A stretch of 64,000 nt of DNA from an uncultured Actinomycetota bacterium. GTDB taxonomy: Bacteria; Actinomycetota; Actinomycetes; JAFAQI01. The DNA lies in the NCBI GenBank assembly GCA_963770565.1, contig CAVYQE010000001.1, positions 1,280,001-1,344,000 of the forward strand. The letters run 5' to 3'. Numbering within the stretch: position 1 is the stretch's first letter; each line of letters begins with the position of its first letter. Below, piece by piece: positions 57,830 through 64,000 of the stretch. A program made the translations under genes and the position numbers. A model generated the notes under the pieces. The model was not told the DNA's origin, did not search any database, and saw only the letters and a list, made by a program, of their open reading frames with translations.

Positions 57830-59731
57830 ATGCAGGGATCGACCCTTCGCCGCGTCCGCCTTCCGTTCATCGCCGCAATTGCCGGAGCCTTGCTGCTCGC
57901 GGCCTGCGGCTCGAGCTCCTCGGGTGGAAAGGGCGGCGGAGGCGGCGGGAACACCGGCGATACGAGTACCGCCTCCGGCGCCTATGGCACGCTGCCGGCC
58001 CAGTCCGGCACGCCGAAGCCGGGCGGGACGATCAGCTACGGCATCGAGGCCGGCTCGCAGCCGACCTACATCATGCCGATCACCCCCGGCGCCGACTCCT
58101 CGGTCTACGACGCGTCGTTCCAGTACCTGCTCTACCGGCCGCTGTACTGGACCCCGCAGGGCAACCGCCCGATCATCGACCCTGACCTGTCCCTCGCCGC
58201 GCTGCCGGTCTACTCCAACGGCGGCACGACGGTCACGATCAACATGAAGCAGAACTACAAATGGTCGGACGGCAAGCCGGTCGATGCCCAGGACGTGCTC
58301 TTCTGGATCGACGAGCTGCGCGCCGCCGTGCACGAGAACGCGTCGAACTTCGGCAACTACACCAAGGGCGCGTTCCCGGACAACGTGGTCAGCGCCACCG
58401 CGCCGAGTGCCTACCAGGTCGTCCTCACGCTCGACAAGGCATACAACCCGAACTGGTACACCGACACCCAGCTCAACATCATCTCGCCGCTGCCGTCCAC
58501 CGCATGGAACATCGCCTCGACCGGTGGCCCGCACCTGGACTTCACCAAGCCGGCCAATGCCAAGAAGATCTACGACTACCTCAACGGGCAGTCCAAGAAG
58601 GTCTCGACATACGCGACGAACCCGCTCTGGCAGGTCGTGGACGGCCCGTTTAAGCTGACCGAGTTCAGCGCGACCACCGACGCCAACACGATGGTCCCGA
58701 ACCCGACCTACGGCGGGCAGAAGGCGGTCTTCAGCACGCTGAAGGCCGAGTACTTCGCGTCCTCGACGGCAGAGTTCAACGCGATGCTGGCCGGCAAGCT
58801 GACCGTGGGTGAGGTTCCGTCGGCTGACCTGCCGCAGGTACCGACGCTGAAGGGCAAGGGCTACAACGTCTACGGTTACCCCGACCTCGGCTTCGGCTAC
58901 ATCGTGTTCAACTTCAAGGACACGACCGATAACTGGGACAAGATCGTCGGCCAGCTCTACTTCCGGCAGGCCCTCGCACACCTGTTGGACCAGGCGGCGA
59001 TCGTCCACGGCGCCTTCCACGACGCCGCGGCCCAGGACTACGGGCCGGTGCCAGCGGTGCCTGCGACGGCGTACGTCCCGTCGGACGCGGCCACCAACCC
59101 CTACCCCTACAGCGTCGCCGACGCCAGCAAGCTGCTCAGCGATCACGGCTGGAAGGTCGTGCCGAACGGCACCACCACCTGCGTCAGCCCGGGCAGTGGC
59201 CCGACCAACTGCGGCGCCGGCATTCCGGCTGGTCAGAAGATCTCGATCACGATCCCCTACACCAACGACCCGCCGGTCGCTGGCCAGGAGACGACGCAGC
59301 TCGCAGGTGCGGCCAAGCAGGTCGGCATCAACATCACGCCGGTCTCGAAGACGTTCAACTTCATCGTGTCGCAGTACGCCGACCCGTCGTCGCCGCAGAA
59401 CGACAACAAGTGGCAGATGGAGAACTTCGGCGGCTTCAGCACCGACATCTACCCCACCACCGATGAGATCTTCAACACCGGCGGCTCGTTCAACCAGGGC
59501 GGCTACGACAGCGCTGAGGCGAACACACTGATCAAGAACTCCAAGTTCAGCAGTGACCCGAACGCGGTGCAGAAGGAAGCGTCGTACCTCACGCAGAACC
59601 TGCCGGCGCTCTTCACGCCGAACGAGGACCGGATCTACGCATGGAAGGGCGTGTCGGGTCCGCCGGACGCATTCGCCAACCTCACCCAGTTCGCGTTCAC
59701 GCCGGAGTTCTGGTACGTGACGGGTCAGTAG
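57830..59731 (+). CDS. Family-5 solute-binding lipoprotein 2 (paralog of SBP1)
   Basis: LAAC lipobox, KWSDGKPVDAQDV, GPFKL, FRQALA; GGAG RBS. Confidence 0.9.
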   Translation: MQGSTLRRVRLPFIAAIAGALLLAACGSSSSGGKGGGGGGNTGDTSTASGAYGTLPAQSGTPKPGGTISYGIEAGSQPTYIMPITPGADSSVYDASFQYLLYRPLYWTPQGNRPIIDPDLSLAALPVYSNGGTTVTINMKQNYKWSDGKPVDAQDVLFWIDELRAAVHENASNFGNYTKGAFPDNVVSATAPSAYQVVLTLDKAYNPNWYTDTQLNIISPLPSTAWNIASTGGPHLDFTKPANAKKIYDYLNGQSKKVSTYATNPLWQVVDGPFKLTEFSATTDANTMVPNPTYGGQKAVFSTLKAEYFASSTAEFNAMLAGKLTVGEVPSADLPQVPTLKGKGYNVYGYPDLGFGYIVFNFKDTTDNWDKIVGQLYFRQALAHLLDQAAIVHGAFHDAAAQDYGPVPAVPATAYVPSDAATNPYPYSVADASKLLSDHGWKVVPNGTTTCVSPGSGPTNCGAGIPAGQKISITIPYTNDPPVAGQETTQLAGAAKQVGINITPVSKTFNFIVSQYADPSSPQNDNKWQMENFGGFSTDIYPTTDEIFNTGGSFNQGGYDSAEANTLIKNSKFSSDPNAVQKEASYLTQNLPALFTPNEDRIYAWKGVSGPPDAFANLTQFAFTPEFWYVTGQ

Positions 59732-59791
59732 CCATACCCGGGCCGGGCATCGGATGATGTCTCACATGCCAGCGAACGAACCGGTCGCAGG

Positions 59792-60739
59792 ATGATCTCT
59801 TACCTCCTGCGCCGGTTCGTCAGCGCGATCGTGGTCGTGATCGGCATCATGCTGGTCACGTTCGCGATGTTGCACATCATCGCGCCGTCGCCGGCCCGCG
59901 CGGTCCTCGGCATCAAGGCCTCGCCCGCGGCGATCGCCGGGTTCAACCATGCCCACGGTTACGACCGGCCGATGCTTCACCAATTCATCACCTACATGAA
60001 CCAGACCGTCCACTTCAACTTCGGCTACTCCTACAAGCTCAACCAGTCGGTCACCGACCTGTTCAAGGAGAACGCCGGCCGGTCCGCGCTGCTGTCCGGA
60101 GTGTCGGTCGTGCTCGCCGTACTGATCGCGATGCCGATGGGCATCTACCAGGCGGTCAAGCGCAACTCGGTCGCGGACTACACGCTGACCGGCGTCAGCT
60201 TCACGTTGTACTCGATGCCGATCTTCTTCATCTCGCTGGTCCTGATCGACATCTTCGCGCTGCATCTCCACGTCTTCCCGTTCGAGGCCAGCCAGTCGAC
60301 CACGGTGATCGGCGTGCTCAAGGACCCACGGTCAATGGTGTTGCCGGTGGCGTCACTGGTCGCGCTGTCGGTCGCCGGGTACTCGCGCTACATGCGGTCC
60401 TCCGCGCTCGACAACCTGGCCCAGGACTACATCAAGGTGGCCCGGGCCAAGGGTCTGTCCGAGCGCGCCGTGCTGTTCCGCCACCTGGTGCGCAACTCCA
60501 GCCTGCCGATGGTCACGCTGGTCGGGCTGTCCATCCCGGACCTCCTGGCCGGCAACCTGATCACCGAGCAGGTCTTCAACTTCCCCGGAATCGGCCTGCT
60601 GTTCTTCAACAGCCTCGGTACGGAGGACTACCCGATCCTGCTCGGCTACACCCTGGTGGGCGGCATCCTGGTCGTCCTGGGCAACCTGATCGCCGACATC
60701 GCGCTGACCATCACCGATCCACGGATCAGGCTCACATGA
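59792..60739 (+). CDS. OppB/DppB-like permease
   Basis: QDYIKVARAKGL EAA loop, TEQVFNFPGIG. Confidence 0.92.
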   Translation: MISYLLRRFVSAIVVVIGIMLVTFAMLHIIAPSPARAVLGIKASPAAIAGFNHAHGYDRPMLHQFITYMNQTVHFNFGYSYKLNQSVTDLFKENAGRSALLSGVSVVLAVLIAMPMGIYQAVKRNSVADYTLTGVSFTLYSMPIFFISLVLIDIFALHLHVFPFEASQSTTVIGVLKDPRSMVLPVASLVALSVAGYSRYMRSSALDNLAQDYIKVARAKGLSERAVLFRHLVRNSSLPMVTLVGLSIPDLLAGNLITEQVFNFPGIGLLFFNSLGTEDYPILLGYTLVGGILVVLGNLIADIALTITDPRIRLT

Positions 60740-61683
60740 CCAACCTGATCCCGGGCATGCCGGGACACGACCGGGACCGGCTGGCGTCGCTCGAGCCGCT
60801 GCTCTCCCCGCCCGAGGGCGGCGAGATCTACGAGCAGGGCAGCGGCTTCAAGATCATGCTGAAGTCCTTCGCCGAGAACCGGCTCGCCCTGGTCGGGATC
60901 GGCATCGTGGTGTTCTTCCTGCTCTTCTCGTTCGTCGGGCCGCACTTTTACCACAGCAACCAGACGTCCGGGAACCTCGGCGCCAACGACCTCCGGCCCG
61001 GCCCCGGGCACCCGCTCGGGACCGACGACAACGGCTTCGACGAGCTCGGCCGGATGATGAAGGGCGGCCAGGCCGCGCTCGAGATCGGGCTGCTGACCGC
61101 CCTCATCGCAACGGTCGTCGGCACGCTGTGGGGCGCGGTGGCCGGCTTGGTCGGCGGCTGGATCGACGGGCTGCTGATGCGGATCGTCGACGTCGGGTTG
61201 TCGATCCCCACCCTGTTCATCGTGCTGATCTTTGCCGCGCGCTACAGCGCGACCGTGCTGAGCCTGTCGATCATCCTCGGCCTGAACGCGTGGTTCGTGC
61301 CGGCCCGGCTGGTCCGCGGCGAGGTCCTCACCTTGCGGGAACGCGACTTCGTCAGTGCGGCGCGGGCGATGGGGTCGAGCCAGACCCGCCAGGTCTTCCG
61401 GCACCTGATCCCCAACGCGCTCAGCGTCGTAATCGTGAACATCACCTTCCAGATCGCCGATGCGATCCTGACCGTGGCGGTGGTCGGCTACCTGGGCTTG
61501 GGCCTGCACTTCCCACAGGTCGACTGGGGTGACGAGCTCTCGGACGGCGTGAACTTCCTCGGTGACGGCTACTGGTGGCTGATCTACCCGGTCGGCATCT
61601 GCCTGATCCTGACCGTGATGGCGTTCAACTTCATGGGCGATGCGCTGCGCGACGCGGTCGACGTCCGGTTGCGGAAGCGCTGA
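60736..61683 (+). CDS. OppC/DppC-like permease
   Basis: HPLGTD, FVSAARAMG, HLIPN, GDALRDA. Confidence 0.92.
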   Translation: MTNLIPGMPGHDRDRLASLEPLLSPPEGGEIYEQGSGFKIMLKSFAENRLALVGIGIVVFFLLFSFVGPHFYHSNQTSGNLGANDLRPGPGHPLGTDDNGFDELGRMMKGGQAALEIGLLTALIATVVGTLWGAVAGLVGGWIDGLLMRIVDVGLSIPTLFIVLIFAARYSATVLSLSIILGLNAWFVPARLVRGEVLTLRERDFVSAARAMGSSQTRQVFRHLIPNALSVVIVNITFQIADAILTVAVVGYLGLGLHFPQVDWGDELSDGVNFLGDGYWWLIYPVGICLILTVMAFNFMGDALRDAVDVRLRKR

Positions 61684-61684
61684 C

Positions 61685-63736
61685 ATGGCGACCACGGTTC
61701 TCGACATCAAGGGGCTCAAGACCCACATCCAGCTGTCCTCAGCGTTGGTGCGCGCGGTCGACGGCATCGATCTGCACCTCGATGCCGGCGAGACGCTCGG
61801 GGTGGTGGGGGAGTCCGGCTGCGGCAAGTCGATGACCGGGCTGTCGATCATGGGCCTGCTCCCGCCTGGCGGCAGCATCGTCGACGGCTCGGTGATGTTC
61901 GGGCAGACCGACCTCACCGAGCTCTCCCAGGACGAGCTGCGCAAGATCCGCGGCAACGAGATCGCGATGGTCTTCCAGGACTCGCTGACCGCGCTCAACC
62001 CGACGAAGACGATCGGCTACCAGGTCGCGGAGCCGGCCTGGCTGCATCGGGGGATGAACCGCAAGGAGGGTCTCGACCGCGCCGCCGAGGTGCTCGACCT
62101 GGTCGGCATCCCGCGACCGAGGGAACGCCTCGACGACTTCCCGCACCAGCTCTCCGGCGGTCTGCGGCAGCGGGTCCTGATCGCGATGTCGTTGGTGTGC
62201 GAGCCCAAGATCCTGATCGCGGACGAGCCGACGACGGCGCTCGACGTGACGATCCAGGCGCAGATCCTGCAGCTGCTCGACCGGCTCAAGGAAGAGCTCG
62301 GCATGGCGGTGCTGTTGATCACCCACGACATGGGAGTGGTCGCCGGCCGCGCGGACCGGATCAACGTGATGTACGCCGGCAAGATGATCGAGGCGACCAC
62401 TACCCGGAACCTGTTCGCGCACATGCACCACCCGTACACCCAGGCGCTGCTCGGCTCGATCCCGCAGCTCGACCAGGACGCCGACGCCGTACTGTTCTCG
62501 ATCCCCGGCCTGCCGCCGGACCTCTCCGACCCGCCGGACGGCTGCCGGTTCGCCCCGCGTTGCCAGCTGGCCACCGATCGGTGCCGCACCGAGGAACCGC
62601 GGCTAGCCGCCGACACCGCCGATCACCTCTTCGCCTGCCACCATCCGGTCGACGGTCCGGCCGAGCGACCGCTCGCGGCCCGTGGGGCGTTGCGCGCGGT
62701 GGCCGCCAACGGCGACGCGAAGCCGCTGCTGCAGATCACCGACCTGGTCAAGGAGTTCCCGATCGGCAACTCGCTGTTGCCGGCGCAGTACCGCGGCTCG
62801 GTGAAGGCGGTCTCCGGCGTCTCGATCAGCGTCCGGGCCGGCGAGACCTTCGGCCTGGTCGGCGAGTCCGGCTGCGGCAAGACCACGCTCGGGCGGCTGA
62901 TCGTGGCGCTCGACCGGCCGAACTCCGGCGAGCTGCTGCTCAACGGCGACGATGTAGCGAGGTTCGGCCGCCGGACCCTGCGCCGGCGTCGCCGCGACCT
63001 GCAGATGATGTTCCAGGATCCGTACGCCTCACTCGACCCGCGGATGCGGGTCGGCGCGATCCTGGCCGAGCCACTGGTGATCCAAGGGGTCGGAAACCGG
63101 ACGTCCCGGCGGGCGAAGATCCAGGACATGCTCAACGAAGTGGGCCTGCCGCAGTCGGCGGTCGACCGGTTCCCGCACGAGTTCTCCGGCGGACAGCGGC
63201 AGCGGATCGGGCTGGCGCGCGCGCTGATGCTCAACCCGGCCGTGATCGTGGCCGACGAGCCGGTCAGCGCCCTCGATGTCTCGATCCGCTCCCAGGTGCT
63301 CAACCTGATGAAGCGGTTGCAAGCCGAGCACAACCTGACCTACGTCGTGATCTCCCATGATCTGGCGGTCGTGAAGTACCTCTCCGACCGGATCGGGGTG
63401 ATGTATCTCGGCCGGCTGGTCGAGACCGGCAGCGGCGATGACATCTACAACCGGGCGGCGCATCCCTACACCGCAGGCCTGCTCAGCGCAGTGCCGATCC
63501 CCGACCCGACGGTCGAACGGGAGAAGGAGGACGTCGGCGTCCGCGGCGAGCTGCCGAGCCCGATCAACCCGCCGTCCGGCTGCCGGTTCCGCACCCGCTG
63601 TCCCCGGGCGCAGCAGCTGTGCGCCGACGAAGTCCCGGCCCTGCGCCCGTTCGGGCCGGCTCACCTCGCCGCCTGCCACTTCCCGCTTCGGCCACCCACC
63701 GCCGACGAGGCCGAGCCCGTGGCGGCGACTGCCTAG
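61685..63736 (+). CDS. Fused OppD-OppF double ATPase
   Basis: Two GESGCGK Walker A motifs, two ADEP motifs, two GCRF..RC...ACH C-terminal motifs. Confidence 0.93.
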   Translation: MATTVLDIKGLKTHIQLSSALVRAVDGIDLHLDAGETLGVVGESGCGKSMTGLSIMGLLPPGGSIVDGSVMFGQTDLTELSQDELRKIRGNEIAMVFQDSLTALNPTKTIGYQVAEPAWLHRGMNRKEGLDRAAEVLDLVGIPRPRERLDDFPHQLSGGLRQRVLIAMSLVCEPKILIADEPTTALDVTIQAQILQLLDRLKEELGMAVLLITHDMGVVAGRADRINVMYAGKMIEATTTRNLFAHMHHPYTQALLGSIPQLDQDADAVLFSIPGLPPDLSDPPDGCRFAPRCQLATDRCRTEEPRLAADTADHLFACHHPVDGPAERPLAARGALRAVAANGDAKPLLQITDLVKEFPIGNSLLPAQYRGSVKAVSGVSISVRAGETFGLVGESGCGKTTLGRLIVALDRPNSGELLLNGDDVARFGRRTLRRRRRDLQMMFQDPYASLDPRMRVGAILAEPLVIQGVGNRTSRRAKIQDMLNEVGLPQSAVDRFPHEFSGGQRQRIGLARALMLNPAVIVADEPVSALDVSIRSQVLNLMKRLQAEHNLTYVVISHDLAVVKYLSDRIGVMYLGRLVETGSGDDIYNRAAHPYTAGLLSAVPIPDPTVEREKEDVGVRGELPSPINPPSGCRFRTRCPRAQQLCADEVPALRPFGPAHLAACHFPLRPPTADEAEPVAATA

Positions 63737-64000
63737 AGCGACCGGGCCGCGCGAAGTGCCTCGCGGCGGGCGTGCCCCTCGAGCCGGTCGATGAACAGCT
63801 CGCCGTCGAGATGCCCGCACTCGTGCTGGAGCGCGCGGGCCAGCAGCCCGGTGCCCTCGACCGTGACGGGTGCGCCGTTGACGTCCAGCCCTTCGACGAC
63901 GGCGCGCTCGGCCCGCGGCAGCTCGAACCACAACCCGGGTAGTGACAGGCATCCTTCGGGCCCGACCTGCTCGCCGTCCAGCATCACCAGCCGGGGGTTG
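63733..64000 (-). CDS. def: Peptide deformylase (3' part; runs off the window)
   Basis: EGCLS and QHECGHLDG motifs. Confidence 0.92.
   Translation of the reverse strand, partial: NPRLVMLDGEQVGPEGCLSLPGLWFELPRAERAVVEGLDVNGAPVTVEGTGLLARALQHECGHLDGELFIDRLEGHARREALRAARSL

Noticed and set aside
63805-63830. HECGH instead of HExDH in peptide deformylase
   Set aside because: Gly at this position occurs in active actinobacterial PDFs; metal ligands are intact.

Overview
High-GC Actinomycetota chromosome segment with core-genome synteny of the Streptomyces/Mycobacterium type: glyA - MraY/WecA - F1Fo atp operon - pduO/murA - nucS - mce/thiolase/meaB - MarR/icmA - thioredoxin-TPR - ech - ABC exporters - RamB-like/aceA - etfBA - iscS/mnmA - ligA - GGDEF/EAL - gatCA - Opp-type ABC operon with two binding proteins - def (partial). 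I see no rRNA, tRNA, transposase, integrase or cas gene. Eight single-base frameshifts (glyA, atpA x3, hydroxyacyl-CoA dehydrogenase, gatA x2, first SBP) look like consensus artefacts; all seven +1 events fall at a synonymous wobble position. The most unusual signals are non-coding or below the ORF cut-off: (i) a ~95-100 bp intergenic hairpin in two copies (20240-20340, 28305-28399) with four compensatory changes and a fold that is better on the minus strand; (ii) an 85-bp element with 21-bp terminal inverted repeats and three palindromes phased at exactly 31 bp (26579-26663); (iii) a 69-bp mismatch-containing hairpin in the nucS promoter region; (iv) an unannotated 58-aa, 8-Cys microprotein after aceA; (v) atpC split from the atp operon by an inverted glycosyltransferase; (vi) pervasive leaderless and overlapping bidirectional -10 promoters. 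All family assignments come from motif recognition by eye, not database searches.
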